This document shows, piece by piece, positions 31,318 to 42,568 of a stretch of 64,000 bases of DNA. A model generated the notes under the pieces. The model ran no database searches. It worked only from the letters and a program-made list of their open reading frames with translations, and was not told the DNA's origin. Within the stretch, counting starts at the first letter, position 1; each line of letters begins with the position of its first letter. The position numbers were made by a program, and so were the translations under genes. This DNA is from Bacteroidota bacterium. Lineage in GTDB: Bacteria; Bacteroidota; Bacteroidia; UKL13-3. The stretch lies in NCBI GenBank assembly GCA_947456185.1, contig CANGPW010000002.1, positions 2,019 through 66,018 on the forward strand. Direction: 5' to 3'.

Positions 31318-34170
31318 TTACTTCAACTTCGCTTTCAAATATGGAGCAGTATAACTCTTTTTATTATTTATTAAATCTTCGGGTAAGCCAGCAAAAACAA
31401 GGTATCCACCTTCATCGCCAGCTTGCGGACCAAGGTCAACAATATAATCGGCACACTTAGCCACATCCATATTATGTTCAATTACTATAATGGTATGCCC
31501 TTGGTCAATTAATGCGTTAAACGAAGTCAATAATTTATTGATATCGTTAAAATGTAAACCAGTAGTTGGCTCATCAAAGATGAATAATACGTGTTCTGAA
31601 CTTGCACGTTTACCGAGGAACGAAGCCAGCTTTACTCGTTGTGCTTCTCCCCCACTTAATGTGTTGCTACTTTGCCCTAATTTTATATAACCCAAACCAA
31701 CATCGCTTAATGGTCTAATTTTATTGGCAATGGTGGTTTCATCATGAAAAAACTCCAAGGCTTCATCTACACTCATTTTAAGCAATTCACTGATGTTTTT
31801 ATCGTTGTGTTTTGCATCCAAAACTTCCTCTTTAAACCTTTGCCCATGGCAATCCTCGCATAACAAATGAATATCGGCCATGAACTGCATTTCAATGGTT
31901 ACTTCGCCTTCACCTTGGCAAGTTTCGCAGCGACCACCTTCTACGTTAAAACTAAAATGTTGGGGTTTGAATCCGCGTGCTTTTGAAATGGGTAATTGCG
32001 AGTATAAATCTCTGATAGCATCGTATGCTTTAATATAAGTAATGGGATTACTTCTGCTCGATTTTCCAATTGGATTTTGATCCACCATTTCTATTTGAGT
32101 AATGGTTTTTATATCGCCACTGATGCTTTCATGCGCACCTGTTTTTTCGCCACTGTAATTACCCAAATGTTTTTGAATAGCAGGGTATAAAATCTTTTTT
32201 ATTAAAGTAGTTTTTCCACTTCCCGAAACACCTGTAACCACCGTAAATGCATGCAAAGGGAATTTTACATCAAAGCCTTTTAAGTTATGTTGTCTTGCAC
32301 CTTTTATTTCTATAAAATCTTTCCACTTTCTGCGCTTGCTTGGTACTTCTATTTTTTTAACACCAGAAAGAAATTTACCAGTTAAACTATTGGTATCATT
32401 TTTTATAAAATCAATATTTCCTTGCGAAACTTTTTCGCCACCATGAATTCCCGCCAAGGGACCAATGTCAATGATTTCATCGGCTGTTTGCATAATTTCT
32501 TCATCGTGCTCCACAACTACCACCGTATTACCAATATCTCGTAATTTTTGTAGTACCTTTATTAAATTTTCTGTATCGCGTGGATGTAAACCAATGCTTG
32601 GTTCATCTAAAATATACAAGGAACCTACCAAACTTGAACCCAATGATGTAGCCAAATTAATGCGTTGCGTTTCGCCTCCACTTAAGGTATTTGAAAGTCT
32701 GTTTAACGACAAATAACCCAAACCTACATTTTGTAAAAAGTTTAAGCGATTGCTTATTTCAAGCAAAATTCGATTGGCAATTTTCTGATGTGTTTCTGAT
32801 AATTTTAAATTTTTAAAATAATCTACACAATCGTCAATGCTCATTAACAAAAGCACCGAAAGACAAGCAGATTTGCTTTCACCTTGAAAATAATATATTT
32901 GTTTAGTTTTATTTTCATTCACCAATTTAACAAAATTAGCATCGCTGCGCAATCTTGTTCCTTTACAATCAGGGCAAGTAGTTTTACCACGGTAACGCGC
33001 TAACATTACACGGTATTGAATTTTATACGTTTGTTTTTCTAAGTCTTTAAAAAAACCATCTAATCCCAACCAATCTTTTCCACCATGCCATAGAAAATCT
33101 TTTTGCGATTCATTCAATTCAAAATAAGGCCTATGAATTGGGAAATCATTTTTCCTGGAAATCTGTACAAACTGATGTTTCCATTCTTGCATTTTCTCGC
33201 CTTTCCATGGTACAATGGCATCTTCAAATATGGATAAACCTTTATCAGGCACTACCAAATCTTCATCTATTCCAATTACATTTCCCAAACCTTCGCATGT
33301 TTTACAAGCTCCAAAAGGATTATTGAAACTAAATAAATTGACACTTGGCTCTTCAAATTTTTGTCCGTCTAATTCGAAACGATTGTTAAATAAAAAATCT
33401 TTTTTGTTTTCATTTTCATCAATGGTATGCAAAGTACATTCACCCGAACCTTCAAAAAAAGCAGTTTGAATAGAATCAGAAATGCGGTTTAAAAAGTCTT
33501 CATCATTTTGTTGCACCGCAAAACGGTCAATCACTAAAAACAATTTTGTTTTTGATTTTACGGTCTTTTTTAATAAGTCATCATCATTCAAAAAGTCTTC
33601 AATGTCGAGCATTTTTTCATTTAAAAACAAGCGATTGAATCCTGTTTGTAAAAACACTTCTAATTGTTTTCTTAATTCATTTTCCTTGTCAATAATTGCT
33701 ACCAATAAATAGGCTTTGGTGTTTTGGGGCAATGCTAAAATATGTTGCACCACATCGTCAATGGAATGGCGTTTTACCATATTGCCACTGATGGGTGAAA
33801 ATGTTACGCCAATTCTTGCAAAAAGAAGTTTTAAATAATCGTAAATTTCGGTAGAAGTAGCAACAGTTGATCGCGCATTTCGGGTATTAACTTTCTGTTC
33901 AATGGCAATGGAAGGCGAAATACCATGAATATAATCTACATCAGGTTTATTCATTTTACCCAAAAATTGCCTTGCGTAAGCCGATAAACTTTCTACGTAC
34001 CTACGTTGTCCTTCAGCGTAAAGCGTATCAAAAACCAAACTCGATTTGCCTGAACCTGAAACCCCTGTAACTACTGTTAATTTATTTCGCTTAATCTTTA
34101 CATCAATATTTTTAAGATTGTGTGCACGTGCGCCTTTGATGATAATTTCCTTGTTGTTTGTCTGACTCAT
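31318..34170 (-). CDS. uvrA: excinuclease ABC subunit A
   Basis: 950 aa. [10 protein letters not shown] twice, zinc modules [16 protein letters not shown] and [13 protein letters not shown] signatures. Confidence 0.97.
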   Translation of the reverse strand: MSQTNNKEIIIKGARAHNLKNIDVKIKRNKLTVVTGVSGSGKSSLVFDTLYAEGQRRYVESLSAYARQFLGKMNKPDVDYIHGISPSIAIEQKVNTRNARSTVATSTEIYDYLKLLFARIGVTFSPISGNMVKRHSIDDVVQHILALPQNTKAYLLVAIIDKENELRKQLEVFLQTGFNRLFLNEKMLDIEDFLNDDDLLKKTVKSKTKLFLVIDRFAVQQNDEDFLNRISDSIQTAFFEGSGECTLHTIDENENKKDFLFNNRFELDGQKFEEPSVNLFSFNNPFGACKTCEGLGNVIGIDEDLVVPDKGLSIFEDAIVPWKGEKMQEWKHQFVQISRKNDFPIHRPYFELNESQKDFLWHGGKDWLGLDGFFKDLEKQTYKIQYRVMLARYRGKTTCPDCKGTRLRSDANFVKLVNENKTKQIYYFQGESKSACLSVLLLMSIDDCVDYFKNLKLSETHQKIANRILLEISNRLNFLQNVGLGYLSLNRLSNTLSGGETQRINLATSLGSSLVGSLYILDEPSIGLHPRDTENLIKVLQKLRDIGNTVVVVEHDEEIMQTADEIIDIGPLAGIHGGEKVSQGNIDFIKNDTNSLTGKFLSGVKKIEVPSKRRKWKDFIEIKGARQHNLKGFDVKFPLHAFTVVTGVSGSGKTTLIKKILYPAIQKHLGNYSGEKTGAHESISGDIKTITQIEMVDQNPIGKSSRSNPITYIKAYDAIRDLYSQLPISKARGFKPQHFSFNVEGGRCETCQGEGEVTIEMQFMADIHLLCEDCHGQRFKEEVLDAKHNDKNISELLKMSVDEALEFFHDETTIANKIRPLSDVGLGYIKLGQSSNTLSGGEAQRVKLASFLGKRASSEHVLFIFDEPTTGLHFNDINKLLTSFNALIDQGHTIIVIEHNMDVAKCADYIVDLGPQAGDEGGYLVFAGLPEDLINNKKSYTAPYLKAKLK

Positions 34171-34442
34171 TTATATAAAACCAACACAAAATTACTCAAA
34201 AAGTTCAGAAGATTTTGTAATATTTTTGGAGGGCAGCTAACGGCTGGCTTCTAGAAGCTAGCATTGGTAATTATTCGTTAAATTTCGCACTAGATAATTG
34301 GGTTAAATAAATGTAAAAAAGTTTAAATAATACAATATGATAGAAAACTATACATTTCACTTTTCAAATGTTGTTTTATGTGGTAAACATTTTTAAAATA
34401 ACACTTATATTCATATAATTTCGCAGTAATAATTATATAAAA

Positions 34443-35750
34443 ATGGCATCATTTAAAGTAAAAGGTGGAAACCAATTAAGAGGTGAATTAATTCCTCAAG
34501 GAGCTAAAAACGAAGCATTGCAAATTATAAGTGCGGTGCTTATTACTGAAGAAAAAGTAATCATTGAAAATATTCCCAATATTAGAGATGTAATTAAATT
34601 AATAGAACTACTGGCTGATATGGGCGTGGTAGTAGAAAAAATAAATGAGGATACTTATTCTTTCATTGCCAAAAATGTAAATTTGGAATATCTTTTAAGT
34701 GATGAATTTAAAAAGAAAGGCGCAAGTTTACGTGGTTCTGTGATGATTATTGGACCGCTTTTAGGTCGCTTTGGAAAAGCATTTATTCCTGAACCAGGTG
34801 GCGATAAAATTGGTCGCAGACATTTAGACACTCACTTCCGTGGATTTGAAGCTTTGGGCGCTCGTTTTGATTATAACCACGATGAAAAGTTTTATAGCAT
34901 TGATGCAAAAAACTTATTAGGAAACTACATGGTTTTGGATGAAGCCTCAGTTACTGGAACTGCCAATATTTTAATGGCGGCAGTGTTATCCAAAGGTAAA
35001 ACTACCATATACAATGCTGCCTGCGAACCTTATTTGCAACAGCTTTGCAAAATGCTAAATAGCATGGGTGCAAAAATTACCGGTGTTGGTTCTAATTTAT
35101 TAGTAATTGAAGGCGTAAATAGTTTGGGTGGCTGCACTCACCGAATGTTACCCGACATGATAGAAATAGGAAGCTTTATTGGTTTAGCAGCTGCCACCAA
35201 TTCTGAAATTACTATTAAAAATTGTTCTATTCCATCACTTGGAAACATTCCTAAAATATTTGGACGAATGGGTATTCAAATGGAATTTAGAGGCGATGAT
35301 ATTTTTATTCCACAACAAGATTCTTACAAAATTGAAAGCCTTATTAATGGTTCTATGTTAACCATTAGAGATGGCATTTGGCCAGCCTTTACCCCCGACT
35401 TAATTTCAATTGCATTGGTTACAGCAAGCCAAGCTAAAGGTTCCGTTTTAATTCATCAATGGATGTTTGAAAGCCGCCTTTTCTTTGTAGATAATTTGAT
35501 AGACATGGGTGCTAAAATTATTTTATGCGATCCACACAGAGCAGTGGTAATTGGTAGTAACAGGGAACAAAAATTACGTGGCATTACCATGAGCAGCCCC
35601 GATATTAGGGCTGGAGTAGCTATGCTTATTGCGGCTTTAGCAGCCGAAGGAACTTCTACCATTAATAATATAGAACAAATAGACAGAGGATATCAATTTA
35701 TTGATACGCGTTTAAATACCATTGGTGCTGACATTACCCGAATTGATTAA
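34443..35750 (+). CDS. murA: UDP-N-acetylglucosamine 1-carboxyvinyltransferase (Asp at the fosfomycin-target position)
   Basis: 435 aa. FKVKGGNQLRGEL, GAKNEAL, and an active-site loop PGGDKIGRRHLD. Confidence 0.95.
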   Translation: MASFKVKGGNQLRGELIPQGAKNEALQIISAVLITEEKVIIENIPNIRDVIKLIELLADMGVVVEKINEDTYSFIAKNVNLEYLLSDEFKKKGASLRGSVMIIGPLLGRFGKAFIPEPGGDKIGRRHLDTHFRGFEALGARFDYNHDEKFYSIDAKNLLGNYMVLDEASVTGTANILMAAVLSKGKTTIYNAACEPYLQQLCKMLNSMGAKITGVGSNLLVIEGVNSLGGCTHRMLPDMIEIGSFIGLAAATNSEITIKNCSIPSLGNIPKIFGRMGIQMEFRGDDIFIPQQDSYKIESLINGSMLTIRDGIWPAFTPDLISIALVTASQAKGSVLIHQWMFESRLFFVDNLIDMGAKIILCDPHRAVVIGSNREQKLRGITMSSPDIRAGVAMLIAALAAEGTSTINNIEQIDRGYQFIDTRLNTIGADITRID

Positions 35751-36264
35751 AAATAAAATTACATATGGAATTGTATTAGGTTTTGCTATGATTAGTTTAA
35801 ACTTTTTAATAGATAAAGAACCTGAAATTGGAAGCCAGTGTCCTGATTTTTCGGGTAAATTATATAACAACAAAGATTTTAATATTAAGCAATTAAAAGG
35901 CAGTTATACACTCATTCAGTTTTGGGCTAGTTGGGACTTACCTTCTTTAACGAACAATTTGGATTTAACAACTACCTATTTAAAGTACAAAGACAATAAG
36001 TTTATTGATGGTAAAAAATTCAATATTGTAAGCATAAGCATTGACCAAAAACAAGAAACTTACCATGTGGTAATGGCTCGCGAAGTGTATCCTTGGCCTT
36101 ATTTTATTTGTGACTTCAATGGATGGAAAAGTACCTTGATTGATTCGTTCCAAGTTGAATTGATTCCCACCAATTTTTTACTCAACCCCAAAGGAGAAAT
36201 CATTGCTAAAAATCTTTATAAAGATGATTTAGAAACTGAGTTGAAGAAGTATTTGAATAAGTAG
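35722..36264 (+). CDS. membrane-anchored thioredoxin-fold (TlpA/AhpC-TSA-like) protein lacking the CxxC motif
   Basis: LIQFWASWDLPSL occupies the place of the usual FWASWCxPC. N-terminal TM helix. Start is uncertain because the ORF overlaps the murA 3' end by 29 nt. Confidence 0.6.
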   Translation: MVLTLPELIKNKITYGIVLGFAMISLNFLIDKEPEIGSQCPDFSGKLYNNKDFNIKQLKGSYTLIQFWASWDLPSLTNNLDLTTTYLKYKDNKFIDGKKFNIVSISIDQKQETYHVVMAREVYPWPYFICDFNGWKSTLIDSFQVELIPTNFLLNPKGEIIAKNLYKDDLETELKKYLNK

Positions 36265-36489
36265 TTGTCAGATGATGGTTTTCAGTTGATAGACCATAGT
36301 TTGTATTTTAAAAAAAATCAAGCCCTTTTGATGAATTGGAAATTTAAAATAATAAAATACATTTGTTAAAATAAGTATTACAAAACACATTCTTATCTCT
36401 ACAATATGGATAGATAAGGATTAAAATGGATCCTTATAAACAAGTTAGCGGTCAGTTTGCGATAATTTAATAAAAAAATTCTATAAGAA

Positions 36490-36960
36490 ATGAAAAAAAT
36501 AATTTCGCTAATTATATTTGGTTGTATAATAACATCAATACAAGCACAACAAACAACTGCTTCAGCAGGTGGTAATGCTTCAGGTATCGGAGGAACATTT
36601 TCATATAGCATAGGACAAGTTATTTATACTTATATTTATAGTTCAGATGTTATAGTAGCACAAGGTGTTCAACACCCATTCGAAATCTCAACATTAGGTT
36701 TTGATAACTACCAAATAAATCTTGTTATGCAGACATATCCCAATCCAACAAAAGATTATTTGTTACTAAATGTACATTCCATTGATTTGTCAAATATAAT
36801 ATTTCAACTTTATGATTTAAATGGAAGACTAATTGAAACAAGAACTATTTTTAACCCAATAGAAACGATCTGTATGGTGAATTTACCGAGTTCTGTTTAT
36901 TTTTTAAAAGTAACAAACAACAACAAAGAAGTAAAGTCATTTAAAATCATTAAAAACTAA
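36490..36960 (+). CDS. small T9SS-secreted protein (Por C-terminal sorting domain)
   Basis: Signal peptide. C-terminus YPNPTKDYLLLNV...YDLNGRLI...VYFLKV. Confidence 0.7.
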   Translation: MKKIISLIIFGCIITSIQAQQTTASAGGNASGIGGTFSYSIGQVIYTYIYSSDVIVAQGVQHPFEISTLGFDNYQINLVMQTYPNPTKDYLLLNVHSIDLSNIIFQLYDLNGRLIETRTIFNPIETICMVNLPSSVYFLKVTNNNKEVKSFKIIKN

Positions 36961-36966
36961 AATACC

Positions 36967-37836
36967 ATGAAAAAAATTTATTCAATAATACTAGGAATTT
37001 TATTAACAGCGAGTGTATTTGCCCAAGCACCACAAAAAATGAGTTATCAGGCCGTTGTTCGTAACAGTAGCAATGCACTAATTGTATCAACTCCAATAGG
37101 AATGAAAATAAGTGTAATTCAAGGCAGTGTAAATGGCACAATAACTTATAGCGAAACTCAATTACAAAACACTAACATAAACGGTTTAGTGAGTATAGAA
37201 ATTGGGACGGGAACTCCAGTTACAGGAACATTTCCGAATATTAATTGGGCAAATGGACCTTATTTTATTAAATTAGAAATTGATCCAAGCGGGAGTACAA
37301 ATTACTCCGTACAAGGTATAACAGAGCTAATTAGTGTTCCATATGCATTGTATAGCGGAAACGCACAAGTTAGTGGCTTTAGTCACTACATTGGAGAAGC
37401 ATTTAATGGTGGAGTAATTTATTATCTATACAAAGGAAGTGATGGATTAGAACATGGTCTAATAGTTTCAACTACAGAAAGCTTAGCTCAATGGCAAAGC
37501 ACCTCAACTTTAGTTAACGCAAACCGAAGTTGGGATGGTGCTTATAACACTTCTTTAATGACATTAAGCCCTGCTGCAAATTACATTGCATCGCTAGGTC
37601 CAAATTGGTATTTGCCTAGTCTTGATGAACTAATATTATTGCATCATAGTCGCTTCGAAGTAAACAAAGCACTGTTTAATAACAGCCAAACTTTATTATC
37701 ACTGTCGCTCTATTATTATAGTAGCACTGAGTACTCCAATAACGAAGCTTTTGGATTCGATTTCATGACTGGTTACTCAACTAATATTCCAAAGTCTTCT
37801 CTAAACTATGGTGTTCGTGGTGTTAAATCATTTTAG
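36967..37836 (+). CDS. secreted protein with a DUF1566-like (Lcl C-terminal) domain
   Basis: Signal peptide. An N-terminal domain (QKMSYQAVVRN...GPYFIKLEIDP...SVPYALYS) common in Bacteroidota surface proteins. C-terminal GGVIYY...WYLPSLDEL motif. Confidence 0.55.
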   Translation: MKKIYSIILGILLTASVFAQAPQKMSYQAVVRNSSNALIVSTPIGMKISVIQGSVNGTITYSETQLQNTNINGLVSIEIGTGTPVTGTFPNINWANGPYFIKLEIDPSGSTNYSVQGITELISVPYALYSGNAQVSGFSHYIGEAFNGGVIYYLYKGSDGLEHGLIVSTTESLAQWQSTSTLVNANRSWDGAYNTSLMTLSPAANYIASLGPNWYLPSLDELILLHHSRFEVNKALFNNSQTLLSLSLYYYSSTEYSNNEAFGFDFMTGYSTNIPKSSLNYGVRGVKSF

Positions 37837-38166
37837 TCAATTCGCAGTAATCTGAAAAAGTAACAATAAACCTTCTATCCTTAGTCTTAAGCCAAGCTTT
37901 GCGAGTAGCGACTATGGATTTAAAATGAGTAGAAAGTTTCCAGACTCCTTTTGATAGCCCGTGTCAGAGACACTACATTCATTAACTATCCGTATAGCGC
38001 TGCGCTAACTATAAAGATATTGGCAAAAGAGGCGGTTCAGTTCTCCGCAAAAACATTTGTAGTTTATGGAAATTTAGTTCACTGCAACTATATTTGTGGT
38101 GGCAGTCACCAACATCTTGTAGTTGCCAAAAGTTATAAATATATAATAGCTATTTAAACTTAAAAT

Positions 38167-38739
38167 ATGAAAAATATGAAACAGATTATTCTATCAATCG
38201 CAATTATTCTAGTAATTACATCTTGTAAAAAAGATAGTATTTTAACAACATCACAAACAAATAATGTACTGATGTTGAAAGTTGATTATCTCACCAATAA
38301 TTTTGAGGGCGGAAAAGAATTTAGTTATTCCAATAATTCTAGTACTTTTACTATCACAAAGGAATATAAAGCACCTGGAGACTTTGGTAATATTAAATTA
38401 ATTTATCAAGAATTGAATGAAACAATATTTGATGGAAGTATTATTTGGATGGGCACAGGTAAGATTTCAGTACCTCAAAACATTTTAAATGCAAATCAAT
38501 TTAATTTTGTTAATACAAATGATACAATTATCCCTGTTGCAGGATTTGAAAATGTTTTTAATATTGGAAATCAAACATATGATTACAGTTTAGTTTGGAA
38601 CTCAGTACAAAAATTGATCAAAGTAAGAGACTACTTAAATTCAAATCCAAATGGCCAAGTAAAATTATTCCTTTATACACCAAGTGTAGGTGTTGGAAAT
38701 CCTGCTGATTGGGACTGGATTATCTATTTAAAGAATTAG
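38167..38739 (+). CDS. lipoprotein, unknown function
   Basis: Lipobox ILVITSC after a signal peptide; 190 aa. Confidence 0.5.
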   Translation: MKNMKQIILSIAIILVITSCKKDSILTTSQTNNVLMLKVDYLTNNFEGGKEFSYSNNSSTFTITKEYKAPGDFGNIKLIYQELNETIFDGSIIWMGTGKISVPQNILNANQFNFVNTNDTIIPVAGFENVFNIGNQTYDYSLVWNSVQKLIKVRDYLNSNPNGQVKLFLYTPSVGVGNPADWDWIIYLKN

Positions 38740-39177
38740 TAAAATACTTCTGCCAATATGTGGGTTTTACAAAATTGGCGGTTCATTGCAACACATCAAC
38801 ATTTAAGATCAAATATTTGATAAATTTTTTTAACCGTCTGACGCCTTGCCACGCATTTCCGCTGCGCAATCGTCTGACGTTAGTTGAGTGACAGGTTATT
38901 TTAAATATACCTTTTATAAGAAAAACAATATTCTGACAATGGTATCTCCCCTGTTTTCAGTATGGTTCGGCAGGCTCACCATGACACAAAACAATGGTTT
39001 CTCATCTCTCGAACTCTCATCTCTCGAACTCTCGAACTCTCATCTCTCAACACCCACTTTTCATCTTTCACTTCTCAAAATTCATACTTCATAATTTATA
39101 CTTCAAAATTTCTTTGTCACCCTGAGTGGAGTCGAAGGGCAACATCCAAAATTCAACATTCAAAATTCAACATTACT

Positions 39178-39948
39178 TTAGTCTTCATAATCATCCACGT
39201 TAAATTGTTCAGTGGTTTTACTCGAGGTTGCTACCATTTTCATAATACCATCTAACTCTTGCGCAGTAAAGTCGCGCCATTCGCCCAATTTTAAATTTTT
39301 AAGACCAATGTTCATGATCCTAACTCGTTTTAGTTTTCGCACTTCATAACCACAAAAACTACACATTCTGCGTATTTGTCGGTTCAAACCTTGGGTCAAA
39401 ATAATTTTGAAAACAAAAGTACTCAGCATTTCTACTTGACATTTATGGGTAACAGTTCCAAGCATTGGAATGCCATTACTCATGCGTTCCAAAAACTTTT
39501 CGTTAATGGGCTTATCTACCGTAACTATGTATTCTTTCTCGTGGTTATTACCAGCTCTTAGAATTTTATTGACAATATTTCCATCATTGGTCAAAAAAAT
39601 CAAACCTTCGCTTTCCTTGTCTAAACGGCCAATGGGAAACATGCGTTTGGGATGATTGATGTATTGAATGATGTTATTTTTTATTTTTAATTCAGTAGTA
39701 CAAATTATACCAACTGGTTTATTAAATACAATGTATATATCGTTGGCAACTGTTTTTAATTTTTCACCATCAACTTTTACTACATCACCGGGATTTACTC
39801 TATTGCCAAGCTTAGCAATTTTATTATTAATGGTTACGCGTTCTTCTACAATGTATTTTTCAGCTACTCGCCTCGAACACATACCTGTATCGCTAATGAA
39901 TTTATTAATGTTTATTCCAGTTTGATTTGTGTTATCCATCCGTTTCAA
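39178..39948 (-). CDS. rluF: RsuA/RluF-type rRNA pseudouridine synthase with S4 domain
   Basis: INKFISDTGMCSRRVAEKYI (S4) and catalytic GRLDKESEGL. RluF versus RluB/E assignment is tentative. Confidence 0.8.
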   Translation of the reverse strand: MKRMDNTNQTGININKFISDTGMCSRRVAEKYIVEERVTINNKIAKLGNRVNPGDVVKVDGEKLKTVANDIYIVFNKPVGIICTTELKIKNNIIQYINHPKRMFPIGRLDKESEGLIFLTNDGNIVNKILRAGNNHEKEYIVTVDKPINEKFLERMSNGIPMLGTVTHKCQVEMLSTFVFKIILTQGLNRQIRRMCSFCGYEVRKLKRVRIMNIGLKNLKLGEWRDFTAQELDGIMKMVATSSKTTEQFNVDDYED

Positions 39949-40036
39949 AAATAATTATTCTATCAAATTATTTAGCCATTTAAAAAGTATTTTTTATATT
40001 GATACTGTTTATCTTATTTTTGGTGATATATATTAC

Positions 40037-41389
40037 ATGAAAAAACTTTTATTATTTCTGTGCTTACTTCAATTAATGGCTTGCGACAGCTCTTTAAAGT
40101 TTGTTCAAATTGCCGATAAACAAGCAACAGAAGCTAATTACAGCGATGCTGCCGATAATTATTATACCGCATTTTTTATCAATCCCAAAAATACCAAAGC
40201 TAAATTGGGCTTACAAAAGAGTGCACAAATGGTGCTTGACGCAAAGTTCAGTGCATTTGCCAAACATGTAGTTTCGGTTGATAATGAAGATGCTTTAAGA
40301 CAATATAATTACTGTAAAGATTATTTCAATCATTTAAAAAACATTGGCATTGAACTGAATTGGCAAACACTTTACGACCAACTTTACGAGGAAACCAAGC
40401 AAGAATTTATTGGCAAACAATATGATATTGGACTTGACCTAATAAAGGAAAACAAATTTGACAAAGCAGAATTAGCTTTTGATAGAATTTTAGAATTTGA
40501 TAGCAGTTATAAAAATGTGTCTGTGTTACGTATTCAAAGTGTGGTAGAACCTTTATACAATCAAGGGGTAAAATACTTAGAGGTAAAAAATTACAAATCT
40601 GCCTACAAAGTTTTTAATCAGGTTTCAAGTTTTGATAAAACTTATAAGCAAACTATGCAGTTATTAAATGAATCCTTACAAAAAGCAAGTTTGCCCATTG
40701 CAGCTATTTTAGTGAGCAAAAAAACATTTGTCAATCAAGAAGACAATTCATTTTACCAGCTTTTGATAAAAGGATTAGGCAATTCAAAGAACCCTTTTTT
40801 GAAAATAATAGACCGTAATAATTTAGAAAATCTATTGAAAGAAAAAGCATTTGGAATTACTGAAATTATAGATGCAGAAACAGCTAGCAAAGCTGGAAAA
40901 TTAATTGGTGCAAAGTATTTTTTATTGATAGATGTTAATGAAGTAGTTTTTGATGAAATGAAGCCAACTACCACTGTTGAAACTGCATACGAATCGTTTA
41001 GCCAGCGAGTGGTCAATGAAACAGGCGATGCACAATCGGTGATTAAATTTAAAAAAGTAAATTACAAAGAAACCAAGCAATACCGAAAAGTAGCAGCTAA
41101 GGTTTCTTATCAATTGGTTTCGGTTCAAAGCGGACAAATAGTTTCATCGGAAGTTTTTAGCGATGAAGCATTTGATGTTCATATTTATGCACGTTATGAT
41201 GGCAATAAAGATAATTTATATCCAAACTTACCCGCAGGGAATTTTATGCCAACTGCACCCAAAGAATGGACTGATAAGTTTTATGAATTAAACCGAAGTT
41301 TAGCCAGCCAGCAAACACTAGCCGATAAAACTTACGAAGCCATTAGCCTTAAAATTATTGACGATATTAATTTGTATATGGAACAGTGA
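40037..41389 (+). CDS. lipoprotein with a TPR-like N-terminal half and CsgG-like C-terminal half
   Basis: Lipobox LQLMAC from the ATG at 40037; the ORF track starts at 39929. C-terminal IIDRNNLENLLKEKAFGITEIIDAETASKAGKLIGAKYFLL resembles CsgG-family periplasmic domains. Confidence 0.55.
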   Translation: MKKLLLFLCLLQLMACDSSLKFVQIADKQATEANYSDAADNYYTAFFINPKNTKAKLGLQKSAQMVLDAKFSAFAKHVVSVDNEDALRQYNYCKDYFNHLKNIGIELNWQTLYDQLYEETKQEFIGKQYDIGLDLIKENKFDKAELAFDRILEFDSSYKNVSVLRIQSVVEPLYNQGVKYLEVKNYKSAYKVFNQVSSFDKTYKQTMQLLNESLQKASLPIAAILVSKKTFVNQEDNSFYQLLIKGLGNSKNPFLKIIDRNNLENLLKEKAFGITEIIDAETASKAGKLIGAKYFLLIDVNEVVFDEMKPTTTVETAYESFSQRVVNETGDAQSVIKFKKVNYKETKQYRKVAAKVSYQLVSVQSGQIVSSEVFSDEAFDVHIYARYDGNKDNLYPNLPAGNFMPTAPKEWTDKFYELNRSLASQQTLADKTYEAISLKIIDDINLYMEQ

Positions 41390-41446
41390 TAGTTGATAGT
41401 TGATAAGTGTATGAATCAAATTGATAGGTATAAACTTATGGTAATA

Positions 41447-42427
41447 TTATTCCTTAATAAATTTACTATTTAGTTTAGCATCAAAAGCATCAATTACATG
41501 AATAAAATAAATTCCTGTGTTTAATTCATCTATTGTTATTTCAGTTTCATTTGTTTTAGTGTTTTCTATAATTACTTTTTTAACTAATTTTCCAAATAAA
41601 TCGTAAATATATATTTCTTTAACGGGTGTTTCTGTTAAAATGTTTAGCTTATTAACTGCAGGATTTGGATATAATTTTACATTCAAATTCCTTTCCTTTT
41701 TTGTAAAATTATTAACAGCAGTTTTTGCAAAATGACACTCCTTATCATCATCCCTATAATTAAAAGTGTGTGTTCCTCTCAAACTATCGCTATAGCATAT
41801 TAATCGGTCATATATGCTTCCACCTCCATTTTCATTTCCTTTACAAATTTGATAATTAATTTGAGGAAAAGGACATCGAATTGAACCTATATTTTTTACA
41901 ATAGTTCCTATAAAAAATTTTCTATCCCATGATGTATAATAAACATCAAAAATTACATTTTCAAATGTATCTTTCAATATTTTAGATACTTTTATGGTAT
42001 CTGTTTTAGGATAAGTTGAATCAGACTGGCAAATTTGTCTTGAATTACCTATTACAAATTCATCGTTTAGTTGAGGGTTGAATGAATAAATAAACTTAAA
42101 ATCACTGCTTAGTTTATCAAGCAAAAAAACGCTATCATTTGAGTTATAAAAAAATTCAACTCCTGCTTTTTCTATATATCTAGCGGTTTGTGTTCCTCCT
42201 GGACCTATTATTCTTATAAAACTTACATTTAGTTTCTTCGCATTTTTATTTAAAATCAAAGTGTCTTTTTCATAGCTATATTGTAAATATAAAGATTCCG
42301 TGGCTGTTACCATTTTGTATAACCAAGTAGCACCGGGTGGACACCAAGGTAAAGTATCTTGTACAATTTGCGATTTTACTTGTCCAATAATTGAAAATAA
42401 AACGAGAATGAGAATAATTTTTTTCAT
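41447..42427 (-). CDS. T9SS-secreted protein (Por C-terminal sorting domain)
   Basis: Signal peptide. C-terminus LYPNPAVNKLNI...YDLFGKLV...GIYFIHV. Confidence 0.7.
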   Translation of the reverse strand: MKKIILILVLFSIIGQVKSQIVQDTLPWCPPGATWLYKMVTATESLYLQYSYEKDTLILNKNAKKLNVSFIRIIGPGGTQTARYIEKAGVEFFYNSNDSVFLLDKLSSDFKFIYSFNPQLNDEFVIGNSRQICQSDSTYPKTDTIKVSKILKDTFENVIFDVYYTSWDRKFFIGTIVKNIGSIRCPFPQINYQICKGNENGGGSIYDRLICYSDSLRGTHTFNYRDDDKECHFAKTAVNNFTKKERNLNVKLYPNPAVNKLNILTETPVKEIYIYDLFGKLVKKVIIENTKTNETEITIDELNTGIYFIHVIDAFDAKLNSKFIKE

Positions 42428-42568
42428 AGTCTTGTTAACTTAATAATTTATTTAATTCAAAACTACACTTAATAATTTGAAATAAATTAATAAAAACCAA
42501 CTAATTTTATCATTCAATAATATAACTTTGTAATCTTTAAATATTGTAATTATTTAATCAATCAACTC

